Virus record (IMG/VR): IMGVR_UViG_3300044825_003205
Span: 1-64,000 of that record
Source of the DNA: an uncultured virus (IMG/VR IMGVR_UViG_3300044825_003205)
Taxonomy: Duplodnaviria; Heunggongvirae; Uroviricota; Caudoviricetes
DNA length: 64,000 nt
Strand: one strand, 5' to 3'
This document shows, piece after piece, positions 19,967-30,861 of the stretch (position 1 is its first letter; each line of letters begins with the position of its first letter). Both the position numbers and the translations under genes were made by a program. Below the pieces are notes generated by a model. The model worked only from the letters and a program-made list of their open reading frames with translations, searched no databases and had not been told where the DNA came from.

Positions 19967-21085
19967 TTATGTCTCAAAACCCTCTGCGGTTTCTCCACCA
20001 TCTTTTTCAACTATATTGAAGAATCCGTATCCATAATTTTCCAAAGCACCTAAACTACTCACTTCTCCCAACCTTTGGATTCTTTCATACCCACTGTTTT
20101 TACCTCGTTCAACAAAAACATCTGTTTGAATTTGTCCTTGGTCGATAATTTTCATCAATGATTCATCTTTTGTAATAGGTCTTGCTTCTATATTATCTTG
20201 AGTAAATCCTGACGAACTTGTAAAAAATAAAGTGAGTCCATTTGAATAGTCGTAATAATCAACGTTTTGTATAGTGTATGCAGTGTAAACAGGGTTAATA
20301 TTTGTAATAGTACCGTATATTTCCCCATTCTTGATGATTGGTAAACCAACCCTTTGTTGTGGTGTGAATTTACCATATGGTTCTAGTTCTGTTAATCGTG
20401 AGGTTGTTTGTGAAGAAACAACAAATGGTATTGATGTGTATCCACTACTTACCTGAGCTTGCACAGTATTGACCGCATCACCACTAAAAATATAATCATA
20501 GCTAATTGGTGTTGCTGACCAAGACCCGATATTCGAAGTGAAGAACGCTCTACCCTTAGGATTATATATAATAGCATTTTTGAATGGTGTTATAATTGTC
20601 TTGAATACTTCTACGATACCCCAAGGATTAACTTGTCTTAAAGATATCTGATATTTTTTGTTTGCAATTGGATAGTTATGAGACGTAAAATTAGGTGTAT
20701 AACCTGTTACAGTTTCTATTGGACTACCGTCACCCCAATTGATAGAGTAAGATGAAAGGTCAATAAATTTTTGATATTCACTTGAAGTGTTATAAACTTG
20801 ATATGTATATGGTGAAGTCGTGGTTGAAGAAAAAATAAAATTTGTCACTACATCTTTTTGAGAAATCTCTCCATCAAATGGGCTATAATATCCGATATCT
20901 ACCGTACTTTGATTAAGTAAGATAGGTACAGTCAACCCTGTAAGAGTAGACGTTCCGTTAGGTCCCGATGAAATAACCTGTGACATTCCTGAATAAACAC
21001 CAAAGGTTTCTCCACTATATGTAACTTGGCTAATGTCTCCAAGTATTGTTTCAGGTGAAATTATTATTCTATAAGAATCACTCAT
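19967..21085 (-). CDS. Putative structural protein with a PKD-like motif
   Basis: YSINWGDGS...TSHNY PKD signature; baseplate cluster. Confidence 0.55.
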   Translation of the reverse strand: MSDSYRIIISPETILGDISQVTYSGETFGVYSGMSQVISSGPNGTSTLTGLTVPILLNQSTVDIGYYSPFDGEISQKDVVTNFIFSSTTTSPYTYQVYNTSSEYQKFIDLSSYSINWGDGSPIETVTGYTPNFTSHNYPIANKKYQISLRQVNPWGIVEVFKTIITPFKNAIIYNPKGRAFFTSNIGSWSATPISYDYIFSGDAVNTVQAQVSSGYTSIPFVVSSQTTSRLTELEPYGKFTPQQRVGLPIIKNGEIYGTITNINPVYTAYTIQNVDYYDYSNGLTLFFTSSSGFTQDNIEARPITKDESLMKIIDQGQIQTDVFVERGKNSGYERIQRLGEVSSLGALENYGYGFFNIVEKDGGETAEGFET

Positions 21086-21891
21086 GATAAAGGTGGGTTT
21101 AGATATTCATACCATCTTATTGGTGTTGTAGTACCAACTCTTTCATTTGTTTTAATATCATATATACGATAAACTTTATCTATATAATCTAAAACTACTC
21201 TGTAGTAAAAGAAGGTAGTATAATCAAAATCATAAAGATTACTCCCTAAGGTTGTGTTTGTAAAAATAGATTGTGGTTGATTAGAAAGTTTAGTGAAAGA
21301 ACCTGTTTCCGCATTGTAAAACTTTGCAGTCATGTAGAATGTGTTGATTGGTATAAATTTTAAACTTTTAAGCCAATACAGAAAAAAACCTTCTTTGTCT
21401 CCAATGTAGTCCAAAATGAACTTTGGTTTTTTAATCGTAACAGTATCCCTTGCCATTCCCGAGACCATCTCACCACCTTGAGTGGTAGGGATAATTACTG
21501 TGAAGTAATTTTTTTGTCTTTTGTCATCCACAGTATCATAAAAATCCAATTTAAAAAATGACTTAGTGAAACTATTAGAATAATAAAAAACATCTTGTAC
21601 CGTGAATCCTTCTCTTAAATAACTATTTTTCCAATTTGTTTGGTCCTCTAGTGAACCTCCTGAGTAAAAATAAAATTCATAATCAATGAAAGTATTCTCG
21701 CTGTTGTCATGTTTATCATGTGGAAACCTTTCGACCTCAAAATCATAACCTTTCCCTAAAACTTGCTCCACCGCTTTAGTTTCATATTGGTCTATAGCAT
21801 CATCAATTCCCTCTAGGTCCCAAGTGAGTTCTATCGGAATATTTATCTGCTTATTCAGACCATTTATTTGTTTTATAATAAAATTATTCAC
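21082..21891 (-). CDS. Hypothetical protein in the baseplate region
   Basis: ORF track; overlaps both neighbours. Confidence 0.55.
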   Translation of the reverse strand: MNNFIIKQINGLNKQINIPIELTWDLEGIDDAIDQYETKAVEQVLGKGYDFEVERFPHDKHDNSENTFIDYEFYFYSGGSLEDQTNWKNSYLREGFTVQDVFYYSNSFTKSFFKLDFYDTVDDKRQKNYFTVIIPTTQGGEMVSGMARDTVTIKKPKFILDYIGDKEGFFLYWLKSLKFIPINTFYMTAKFYNAETGSFTKLSNQPQSIFTNTTLGSNLYDFDYTTFFYYRVVLDYIDKVYRIYDIKTNERVGTTTPIRWYEYLNPPLS

Positions 21892-23602
21892 ACTTATCTA
21901 TTATTGGGTCAAATGGTACATTCAATCCGAATAAACCATCATTTATATTATATCCTTCATTATCAGGAATTAATTTGAAAACAAAATCCTTAAACGGGTA
22001 TTGTGCATTGTTCATAAATGGATAATCCACTCCTCTACCTTCAGAATCTATGAATCCATATTGATACAAGTCTCTCCATCTGAACTCTTGGTCTGCGTTT
22101 GAATAATATGCGTAATTTGGAATCTCCTCCACTTCGTTCACAGAACCTGTTTCCACATAATCAGAAAAGGTTCTTAAGGTAATTGGGTTATGTGGTTTGT
22201 AATAATACCCAGGTGAGTTGGTTGTCTGACCTTCAGTAGTCTTAAAGATACTCTGATTATATTTAATTTTTTGATAATAATTTGAGTAGACTCTTTCGAC
22301 TTGTAAGTAATCGTTCCATTCACACAAATCACCATCTATAATATCACCAACTTTGAGTGAGTTGTTGTAATAGAAGGTTCTTGTTACCCCATCAGTATTT
22401 TGATATGAAGAAGTTGTAATATTTGTTTTGGACAATGTATTATTATCATCCCACCAAGAATTATTTGTATTCGTTATATTAAAACCCCAACCTTGTTTCA
22501 ATCCTGAACCGAAGAAGGGTTTGTTGAAATAACCTGAATACCCTTTATTTATAATTGTCAAATATAATTCAGTCACGGGTCTCAATTGATTGTCCAATAG
22601 TCCCCCTATGTTAATGTCTATTTTACCTGTAAAAGTATATGAACTTGAACTAGTCTTTTGAGATATCCTTGTAATTTTATTAGGAGTGATTGAACTTAAT
22701 TCTAATTTGAAATCGTCTTTGAACGGATTTTTTTCAAATCCCGATTTTGTTAGAATAATTCCATTAGTATCCAAAATAACTTTTTGTTGTCTTACATAAT
22801 ACTTTGACCTAGTTTCGTTAGGTATTGATGCATTTGCCACTCTTCTAAACGTGCCAATCATACCATCGAAAAACGTATTCCCCGTATAACCTATATTATA
22901 AATGTTAAATACGTGAGATTCACTATCAAATTTTTCGTTCCCTAATGAAAAAACATCAAAAAGAGCTTGGGTTCTATATAAATAAGGTTGTCCGTTTACA
23001 AGTAGTTCCACTGATTCTCCAGCCGCCAGTCCATGAGGACAAATACATTCGAAAGAAATTAATCCTGCACCATTTTCTGAAGTTCTCCTTATTTTGAATG
23101 GTATCCCATCAGATACAATCCAATCGAAAAAACTACCATTTAAACTCGCAGTTATTCTTTTGTCTGAAACATTCTGTGATGGATAAGTTATATAATAATC
23201 CCAATTATACGAATATGCACTAACCGCCTTATAATTGATATGTGTGTTATTGATATCGTCTCTATAGAAGTCAAATTCATAATACTGAGGATAACCATAC
23301 CAAACATTACTGAATATCGATACTTGCGGATTAACATAATACAACTCATTTCTGAACTTTATATATTCTGTAGTTCCAGTAAGAACATTATCATAAACGT
23401 ATGTCATTTTAAATGTGGGTCTAAAGACCGTACAACTTTGACGTTCTTGGTCATAGACTTCTGCTAAACTTACATTTGTAGTCCTATCGAACTCGACCAT
23501 AGATTGAGCTTGTTGTTCGAGTGATAACTGAACCTGTTGGTCTATCAGTGGTGCAGACTCGTAAGACAATCCGCTCGGTATAATTCGATATCTATTCATC
23601 AA
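21884..23602 (-). CDS. Hypothetical structural protein in the baseplate region
   Basis: ORF track, 572 aa; coupled to neighbours. Confidence 0.55.
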   Translation of the reverse strand: MMNRYRIIPSGLSYESAPLIDQQVQLSLEQQAQSMVEFDRTTNVSLAEVYDQERQSCTVFRPTFKMTYVYDNVLTGTTEYIKFRNELYYVNPQVSIFSNVWYGYPQYYEFDFYRDDINNTHINYKAVSAYSYNWDYYITYPSQNVSDKRITASLNGSFFDWIVSDGIPFKIRRTSENGAGLISFECICPHGLAAGESVELLVNGQPYLYRTQALFDVFSLGNEKFDSESHVFNIYNIGYTGNTFFDGMIGTFRRVANASIPNETRSKYYVRQQKVILDTNGIILTKSGFEKNPFKDDFKLELSSITPNKITRISQKTSSSSYTFTGKIDINIGGLLDNQLRPVTELYLTIINKGYSGYFNKPFFGSGLKQGWGFNITNTNNSWWDDNNTLSKTNITTSSYQNTDGVTRTFYYNNSLKVGDIIDGDLCEWNDYLQVERVYSNYYQKIKYNQSIFKTTEGQTTNSPGYYYKPHNPITLRTFSDYVETGSVNEVEEIPNYAYYSNADQEFRWRDLYQYGFIDSEGRGVDYPFMNNAQYPFKDFVFKLIPDNEGYNINDGLFGLNVPFDPIIDKCE

Positions 23603-26600
23603 TAGAGTATTTTGTTTTAAACTTATCTAATGCAGTTGCACCCACCGTAGTTCCAAAGTAAAAATGAAAAGGAGCACCCACAATAAATCTATTACTATAA
23701 GCAGGACCCTCAGGTTTATAATCTTGACTAAACTGACTTATAGTATCTCCATTAACATTGAAAATGTATCCTCTCTCACTTATATCATTTTGTAAACCTC
23801 TGGCTAAAAAGTAATGTTCAGGATTTGTTCTATCTAAAGACTGATATTGGTATTGTACTAAATCTCCTCTTGATGTCGCCCAATTATTATCCTCGTCTCC
23901 AAATATTTGAGTATCATTCCTCAATCCCCATCTATAGAATGGAACTAATTGTGATTTAATTCCGTAAGTGTATGGTGTAGACGTATAACTTGGTGTAGGT
24001 CTAAAATTAATTCTACCTGGTGTAATGAAATCTTTGAATTGTAAGTTCTCTGTTGTTGAAGAATAGAATATTCCAATTGTAGGTCTACTCGGAGTTCCGT
24101 AATACCCTAAGGGACTTTCCTGTCCTCCTTCAGCACTATAATATTCTGGTGAAAACTTAATTAAACCTTCCTCAGAATTCATAGAAAGTAACTGAACCAA
24201 ATCTCCGTCAACTCTTCGGTTTCTCTCAACGGTCCTGTTTCTTGTAAACAATTCATTTATGGATGAATTACCTAATAATCTTGATAAAAAACTACTGTTT
24301 ATAATTCTAGAAATTACAAAAAAGTTTACAATATCTGAGGTGTCTGAATAACTTGATGGGTTCAGTTCCCCCATTACATAGGCATCTGTTGATGGTTCGA
24401 AAGTTATTTCGCCATAGAATGAATCTTTATATCCCAAATCAACAACAGTTGTAGGAAATAAAAGATTTGTTTGGTTTACCATAGTTGGTTCATCGATAGG
24501 TTTCGGTTTTCCTACAAATTTTTCTCCATTATAAGGACTACTTCTATAGTAGAAATTATTACTTACCTTTTCATAATACACTACGTCCGCACAATATTTT
24601 ACATCACTAACTCTATTTTGTTTATTATAAAAAGTGTCAACTTGAATTGGGAAAGCGTATAACGCTCCATTAACCCAGTTATTTGTAAACGTTTGTGAAA
24701 GGACTCCTCTACACAATGCATAGAAGAATCTGAATCTATAACCCCACTCCGAGAATAGTCTTATATCTTGACCAACACCAAATAATGGTCGTGTAAAAAA
24801 TACATAACAACCTCTTTCAACATTATCATTTTGAAGACAATTTGAAGATATACCAAAATTATTACTGTAACCTGTATAACAACTAAGTTGCACCATATTA
24901 TCACATTCAAAACTACTCAGAACATTTACATCAGGCAAACCCTCTACATCTGGTGGTACTTCTTGAAAACCAGTACTATAGGCAGGAACTATAGCACCCT
25001 CCCCTTCATCAGGAACCTCGTAGAAGGCAAATGCTCTATTCTGTTGCAATAAAAATGCCGTACTATTTGTACCTGCACCATCTAATTGGTCTGAAGAGGG
25101 CAATCTATCAGTCCTCATTACATTTTTCGTTCTGTCTGAGAATTGAAAAGGTGGTATAGCCGGAAAATAATATGTCACATACGAATAATATCGACTAAAC
25201 GAATCTCTCCCGATACCATTACTAGTGTAGGAAGCATTAGCATTTATATCTTCAGCCGAATCATATTTTGTTGGTGTTTGTGTAAATGAGTATTGATAAC
25301 TAGTTGAAGGGCTAACTCCTAAAGCCCCATAGTAATTTTGATTACTAACAAATGCACCACCGTCAGAATATGCAAAACCATAATAATAAACCGTATTAGA
25401 AGTAAATGCGGAATATTGTGAGCCAGGCGTGAAGAAATAAGAATTATAAAACATGTCGTTTTGTGTGAACGACTGTAAACTTGAATTTGGTGAGTTCAGT
25501 TTCTGTATAGGTATATTTAATTTGGTAGATGCGGTAACAACATATTTCGGGTCATCGATTGTAGAACCGAATAGAACACCCAAATTATAGCGATTCGTGT
25601 ACCTTGGTGAATAAGGGTCTACCCCTCTTTGTAAGATTACTACGTATTGGTTATCAAAATCCTCATATAGTTCTCTTAATTTTATTGGCTGTCTTGCAAA
25701 TGACGCTGTTTGGAATGTTCTCCACCCCAATCCCCCTTTGATTTCGGGAAATATAGTTATTGTAGAATCTAAAACTTTTGGTAACGTTTGGTATTGAGGT
25801 ATTTGTGTCTGTCCTGTTAGTTTGAAATATTCACTCACAGTAATTGCCGTAATAACCTGAAAATATTCCCTGTCACTTGGATAGGAATAGTTGTCTATCG
25901 TTGACCCTATTGGTAAATTATAACTGGTTGTTATCTCTTGTAGTTGATTTGAAGGATTAACATATCGTACGTTTATTGTGCTTGGTCCTACGATAGTGTT
26001 ACCAGTTATACCAAAATCGCCAGTAACTCCTGTAAAATTGAAGTTGGGGTCTAAAGAGGTTTGTGGATTTACTGTTGTAAGAACTGTACCTGCTTCATAT
26101 GGATTCGTTGCTAAAACTGTTACAGTATTATCTAAATGAAATGTCGACGTGTTGTTTGAATGGTCGACAGCAAAGCTTACTTTAACCCTATTGAGGTTTG
26201 AAAAATACGACACTCTACTATTGAAAATATTTATTCTTTCTCCAAAGGGTAAATCAAGACTATATGCCCTAAATTTATCATCCTCACCCTCTTGAACGTT
26301 AGATTTAAGTATTTTGTAAACTGTTGGGTCGGTACCATCAATATTACCTCCAGTCGCTTGTGAGTATATACTGGCAATTGCCGTTGCATTTGTTGAGTCG
26401 CTGCCAGCACCAATTAATTTATTAAACCAAATCTCATAATATCTATCCGGGTCGGAGAGAGGTGATAATTGCCCTCCTGAAGATATTACAACACCTAGTC
26501 CATCCGTGGTTGCTGGCCTACACTCACAAGCATCACAGTTTGGGTATGTTACCATAGGTAATCTTATTGGTAGGCCCCCTTTTTTTGGTTTTCGGAAAGT

Positions 26601-28238
26601 TAATATCCTAATACCATTTATTATCTGATATATCAACCCTACGGTAAAATGCGCCACCAATAATAAAGCCAAACCAATAAATTGGAGATTTTGAAAAATT
26701 AAAGAAAATATAAAGTATAAAAAATCAAAATTTTTGAATCCCTCATTTACAGGGAACTTATTTACAGTACTAGAACAACTGTCGTCATCAATTTCTTTTA
26801 TACCAATGAATCTACCTCTAGCCCCTTGCTTATATTGGTCTATTAAACTTGCAACGGTATAAACTCTGTTGAAATTAAACTCATAAAAAGTATCTTCACA
26901 ATTGACTATCGAATCTATTTTACTATTCGATTCTGTTGTTGATAATCCTTCAGTATAACCAGACCAATCTAAACCGAAATAATAAGAACTACGTTGTTGT
27001 CTATATGTTGAACTGTTTATTGGGTCATCGGAAGGGTCATTATTTGGATTTGAACCTATCCATCCATACTCCCTTATGTTAGGAACCAAATAATAAGGTC
27101 TTCTTACTTGTGCTGTAAGTTCTCTTGATTGTTGCCATTTTATTTTAAATCTATACTTGGCCTTTGTTGGAACCCCGACATTTGGGTCGAACGATATAAC
27201 TCTTTCACCGAACTCATTAGTTGTGATGTAATCCAAATTCATAGGTAACTCAGTTAACCATGTTCCATCTTCATCGATAACATTTCCCGATTGTTCTAAC
27301 TGATATTGCTCTAATATTGGATTTCCGTTTGTATCTTGTCTAATTGTTTGTCTGATTGCTAAAATTTGTCCTGGACCTGAAACCAAGTCACATAGATTAC
27401 CCATATTATCTCTAGGCTTACAATTTTTTCTCAACCTAAACTTATCTGGACTAGAAAACATAGAACCCATAAAGACCGACGTGGGCTGAATATCTATATT
27501 TGCATCGTCTCTCAAATCAAAGTCAACTCTGTTTACTGCAATTTGACAAATTTCAGGTTCTCCCCATAAAGGTGATATTTCAGCTATCTTTGTTAATCTA
27601 ACGATTTGAGGTAAAGAATTCAAATCGGTCGAAGTCCTGAACTCGTTTCCACTAACTTGATTTTCTGTTGCCCTTCCAATTCTTATTAAATCTTGTGGTG
27701 TAAGTGAGAATTCACCCATGTCGGACAAATCAACATCCATAACAAGTCTTTGGAATCCTAAAGGAACTCCAAATATCATATAGTCTCCACTCTCATTAGT
27801 CTTTACTGTAAATCTGAAATATTTTTCGTATATCTTCGAAGCAACCGAGTTTGTTAGAACATCTCTCGAACTTGGAAAGGTTCCTGTTGCAGCATGTTTA
27901 CTATATGATTTTTCATATGGAAGAAGATTATATCTATACCCATCTTCATTTTTTTCATCAATTGTTCTGTAGGGATAAATTGTATTAATTGTGTTGTCTA
28001 ATAAATCTTCTTCCTCCACTGGTATAAAAACAGAAACCTTTGCGTTGGGTATACCTAAACCGTTGTTTGCTGTCACTCTTCCTACGACAACACCATAATC
28101 AGCACACGAACGTGTATAAACATCCGCTTGTTGTATCTTAAGTGAAAGTATTTCTAAAAATTCGAAATCTTGGTTAAGTTCAACATTGATGGATTTATTT
28201 ATCCCAAGCTCAGTTCGTATACGATAGCTTTGACCCAT
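23592..28238 (-). CDS. Large tail/baseplate protein with a carboxypeptidase-regulatory-like N-terminal domain and an internal hydrophobic segment
   Basis: GVVVGRVTANNGLGIPNAKVSVF..TNESGDYMIFGVPLG motif; hydrophobic stretch FLYFIFSLIF...LLLVAHFTVGLIY. Confidence 0.6.
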   Translation of the reverse strand: MGQSYRIRTELGINKSINVELNQDFEFLEILSLKIQQADVYTRSCADYGVVVGRVTANNGLGIPNAKVSVFIPVEEEDLLDNTINTIYPYRTIDEKNEDGYRYNLLPYEKSYSKHAATGTFPSSRDVLTNSVASKIYEKYFRFTVKTNESGDYMIFGVPLGFQRLVMDVDLSDMGEFSLTPQDLIRIGRATENQVSGNEFRTSTDLNSLPQIVRLTKIAEISPLWGEPEICQIAVNRVDFDLRDDANIDIQPTSVFMGSMFSSPDKFRLRKNCKPRDNMGNLCDLVSGPGQILAIRQTIRQDTNGNPILEQYQLEQSGNVIDEDGTWLTELPMNLDYITTNEFGERVISFDPNVGVPTKAKYRFKIKWQQSRELTAQVRRPYYLVPNIREYGWIGSNPNNDPSDDPINSSTYRQQRSSYYFGLDWSGYTEGLSTTESNSKIDSIVNCEDTFYEFNFNRVYTVASLIDQYKQGARGRFIGIKEIDDDSCSSTVNKFPVNEGFKNFDFLYFIFSLIFQNLQFIGLALLLVAHFTVGLIYQIINGIRILTFRKPKKGGLPIRLPMVTYPNCDACECRPATTDGLGVVISSGGQLSPLSDPDRYYEIWFNKLIGAGSDSTNATAIASIYSQATGGNIDGTDPTVYKILKSNVQEGEDDKFRAYSLDLPFGERINIFNSRVSYFSNLNRVKVSFAVDHSNNTSTFHLDNTVTVLATNPYEAGTVLTTVNPQTSLDPNFNFTGVTGDFGITGNTIVGPSTINVRYVNPSNQLQEITTSYNLPIGSTIDNYSYPSDREYFQVITAITVSEYFKLTGQTQIPQYQTLPKVLDSTITIFPEIKGGLGWRTFQTASFARQPIKLRELYEDFDNQYVVILQRGVDPYSPRYTNRYNLGVLFGSTIDDPKYVVTASTKLNIPIQKLNSPNSSLQSFTQNDMFYNSYFFTPGSQYSAFTSNTVYYYGFAYSDGGAFVSNQNYYGALGVSPSTSYQYSFTQTPTKYDSAEDINANASYTSNGIGRDSFSRYYSYVTYYFPAIPPFQFSDRTKNVMRTDRLPSSDQLDGAGTNSTAFLLQQNRAFAFYEVPDEGEGAIVPAYSTGFQEVPPDVEGLPDVNVLSSFECDNMVQLSCYTGYSNNFGISSNCLQNDNVERGCYVFFTRPLFGVGQDIRLFSEWGYRFRFFYALCRGVLSQTFTNNWVNGALYAFPIQVDTFYNKQNRVSDVKYCADVVYYEKVSNNFYYRSSPYNGEKFVGKPKPIDEPTMVNQTNLLFPTTVVDLGYKDSFYGEITFEPSTDAYVMGELNPSSYSDTSDIVNFFVISRIINSSFLSRLLGNSSINELFTRNRTVERNRRVDGDLVQLLSMNSEEGLIKFSPEYYSAEGGQESPLGYYGTPSRPTIGIFYSSTTENLQFKDFITPGRINFRPTPSYTSTPYTYGIKSQLVPFYRWGLRNDTQIFGDEDNNWATSRGDLVQYQYQSLDRTNPEHYFLARGLQNDISERGYIFNVNGDTISQFSQDYKPEGPAYSNRFIVGAPFHFYFGTTVGATALDKFKTKYSIDE

Positions 28239-28325
28239 TAGACCTTTAATCTATAAATAGTTTAGGGCAAATTTTTAAAAACTTACCAACTTAAATCTAA
28301 ATGGGATAGAAAATAAATAAACCTA

Positions 28326-30164
28326 TTAAGAGAAGGTTGAAGACTGGAAGTTCTTGACACTAACTTTGATATCTCTAGTCGGATATCTAACTTGATATAC
28401 TTGGCTTGGTTCTGCAAACAACGTGTCGTCTACGGGTTGTATTTTTCTTGTTTCAGCATTCTCATAAGCCATAGAAGTTTCTGCAGATGAATATTGTCCA
28501 CCAACAAGATTATAAGTGTCTAATCCTGTAACAGTAATTACACCTTCTTGATTTTGTATTATACTTTTGAGTTCTGAAAGATAGACATTTTGACCTAATT
28601 CTCTAATCTGTGGATTGAGGTATGCCGAAACTTTATTTACAACGTCAGTTATAATTTGACCTGAGTTTTGTGTTGCCTCTAAAACAACTGAAACTTCAAT
28701 ACCCAAATCAATAACTTGTGCAGTTGTTATAGAAATATAATCATTCATCATTCTGTAATTAGAAAGATAGTCGGCAATATTTTGTCTCAATGTATTAGAA
28801 ACAATATTTGTCAATTTACCTGAACTATCATATGATAAAATTTGAACTATAATTTTATTGTTATTCTCTGTTATTGAAACCTTAGCTGGCGAGCCGAACT
28901 CAGGTGGCATATTCCTAATTATTGCTTCATAGTCTTGTACTGTGACAGCTCTTTTTTGTGCAGCAAAATTGAATGATACATAATTTCTAACCTCTTCAAC
29001 ATTTGGTGCATTTGCACCTCCAATTGCCGCAGTAATATTAACACACCTTAATGAATTGATGACTGAAGAGTTTGTAATTTCTGAAGGTCCGTTAACGTAA
29101 AAATTTACTGTCCCTACTTGATTAATTACATTTGTACCCAAGTTAGTTGCAAGTCCACCACCAATTCTATATTGAACAAACAATGTTGAATTCGGTGTTA
29201 GTGTTGAACCTAATGCAAAATTATTGAAATAATTATTTATTGTTAACGGAATTCCTAAATTAGTGAAAGCGTTCAATTGTTCTTGTGCGGAAGTACTTCC
29301 TCCTCCAAATGTCATTTTTTTAAATCCTTCAGGTGTAAATTCAGAAATAAATCTATTACTGGTCTGAATGTATCTTCCAACTTTAATTCCAGGTTGGTCT
29401 GAAACTTTGGTTGGGTCTTCAATGAAGACTCTGTCCTCCGCTAAAGCATCAACCTCGTACCATTTATTTTCCAAACCTAAAAACTCAGCAGCTGTCGGTA
29501 CATTTGTAAAATCAGTGCCATTTTTCAATAACACACTTGTTATTCCTAAAACATTTTTTTCAGGTAGGAATAACTCAAAAAAAGGTCTAACATCATTAGC
29601 AGATATAACACGTTTGAAAACTTTAGTTATACCATTAACAACTAACTCTCTCTTTGTTATTGTATAATTTATTAATATCCCGTTAGAATTAAAATTTGGT
29701 ATTTTTAATCTATTTGGAAAACCTTGTGCATTGTAAGGAGAGGCAAAGTTAACATCATAAACATTTTCAAATACAATCCCCGCACCCGAAACTTGTGAAC
29801 CTCTTACTAAAGTCCCTAAATACCTTTCGTCTTCTTTGTCCCCAAAAACGGGTACAGTAATAGAAAAATCAACCAAAGAAACACTCGGTTTCAAGTTTGG
29901 TATTTTTAATCCATATGTTCTAGCTATATTATATATAGAAGACCTTTGTTGAGCATATTGGAGAACTGTTTCTTGAATACTTCTATCAATATGATAATGT
30001 AGGTTGTCAGCAACTGCCGCATTTAAATCTAAGAATACTGAGAATACAGATGCATCATTGAAATCTTGTATTAAGTCAGGGTAATATTGTTTGACGTAAT
30101 TAACTAACTCAGCACGAATACCTTGGTAATCTCTGACTGTATATGAAATTTTGTTATTGGCCAT
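28326..30164 (-). CDS. Baseplate wedge subunit (T4 gp6 / baseplate J-like)
   Basis: RDYQGIRAELVNYVKQYYP..DFND; QETVLQYAQQRSSIYNIAR; AQKRAVTVQDYE; AIGGA motif. Confidence 0.88.
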   Translation of the reverse strand: MANNKISYTVRDYQGIRAELVNYVKQYYPDLIQDFNDASVFSVFLDLNAAVADNLHYHIDRSIQETVLQYAQQRSSIYNIARTYGLKIPNLKPSVSLVDFSITVPVFGDKEDERYLGTLVRGSQVSGAGIVFENVYDVNFASPYNAQGFPNRLKIPNFNSNGILINYTITKRELVVNGITKVFKRVISANDVRPFFELFLPEKNVLGITSVLLKNGTDFTNVPTAAEFLGLENKWYEVDALAEDRVFIEDPTKVSDQPGIKVGRYIQTSNRFISEFTPEGFKKMTFGGGSTSAQEQLNAFTNLGIPLTINNYFNNFALGSTLTPNSTLFVQYRIGGGLATNLGTNVINQVGTVNFYVNGPSEITNSSVINSLRCVNITAAIGGANAPNVEEVRNYVSFNFAAQKRAVTVQDYEAIIRNMPPEFGSPAKVSITENNNKIIVQILSYDSSGKLTNIVSNTLRQNIADYLSNYRMMNDYISITTAQVIDLGIEVSVVLEATQNSGQIITDVVNKVSAYLNPQIRELGQNVYLSELKSIIQNQEGVITVTGLDTYNLVGGQYSSAETSMAYENAETRKIQPVDDTLFAEPSQVYQVRYPTRDIKVSVKNFQSSTFS

Positions 30165-30169
30165 CTTAA

Positions 30170-30637
30170 TTAAATATTGATTATTACAAAATCACTCTGA
30201 GAAAATACCGAATTACCTATTGAGTAATCTATTCTTACTTTTGCAGTATATTCGTATGTCCCTTTACCGGGAACCCTGTATATATCCCAAAGTCGATTGC
30301 CCTCTGTTCCGGTGTAATCCCCATCTACTTGGTCTTCAGCGGTGATTGGTTCTATTGAAACATTATTCAAAATTAGGTTGGGTAAAAATTCTTGCACCGA
30401 GTCCCTGATATCTGATTCAATCGCACTAAATGTCAAACCGTCAAAAGGTTCAAAAATATATTCATATAATCTTGTCCCGAAAGTTGGTAAGAAATACCTT
30501 GACCCTTTCCTAGTTAAAAGTAAATGAATTAAGTCAGACCTTATTTCCTGTTGTTCAAATTCTGTTAAAGCTAAATAATCACCTCTTCTTGAATCTTGGA
30601 ACGGAAAATAAAGACCATATGTAGTACCATCTGCCAT
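30170..30637 (-). CDS. Baseplate wedge subunit / sheath initiator (T4 gp25-like)
   Basis: IRSDLIHLLLTRKGSRYFLPTFGTRLYEYIFEP matches the gp25/GPW motif. Confidence 0.9.
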   Translation of the reverse strand: MADGTTYGLYFPFQDSRRGDYLALTEFEQQEIRSDLIHLLLTRKGSRYFLPTFGTRLYEYIFEPFDGLTFSAIESDIRDSVQEFLPNLILNNVSIEPITAEDQVDGDYTGTEGNRLWDIYRVPGKGTYEYTAKVRIDYSIGNSVFSQSDFVIINI

Positions 30638-30657
30638 ATTACATAAATATACAACGA

Positions 30658-30855
30658 TTATTTTTCAACTAAAGTTGTATTTCCTTTTACACCCTTTGGT
30701 TCGTATGGACAATGTCTACATCCACCATGAGAACCACAACAAGTTCCTCTCTTGATATGATACTCTTCGGTGAAGACTACTCTGTTATTTTCGATGTAAT
30801 AATCAGAAGGGAGAATCTCATTTGGATTCTCCCTTTCTTTTTTTGTATTTTCCAT
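30658..30855 (-). CDS. Small Cys-rich protein (DUF5522-like)
   Basis: DYYIE..VVFTEEYHIKRGTCCG...CRHCPY motif. Confidence 0.75.
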   Translation of the reverse strand: MENTKKERENPNEILPSDYYIENNRVVFTEEYHIKRGTCCGSHGGCRHCPYEPKGVKGNTTLVEK

Positions 30856-30861
30856 AGGTTA

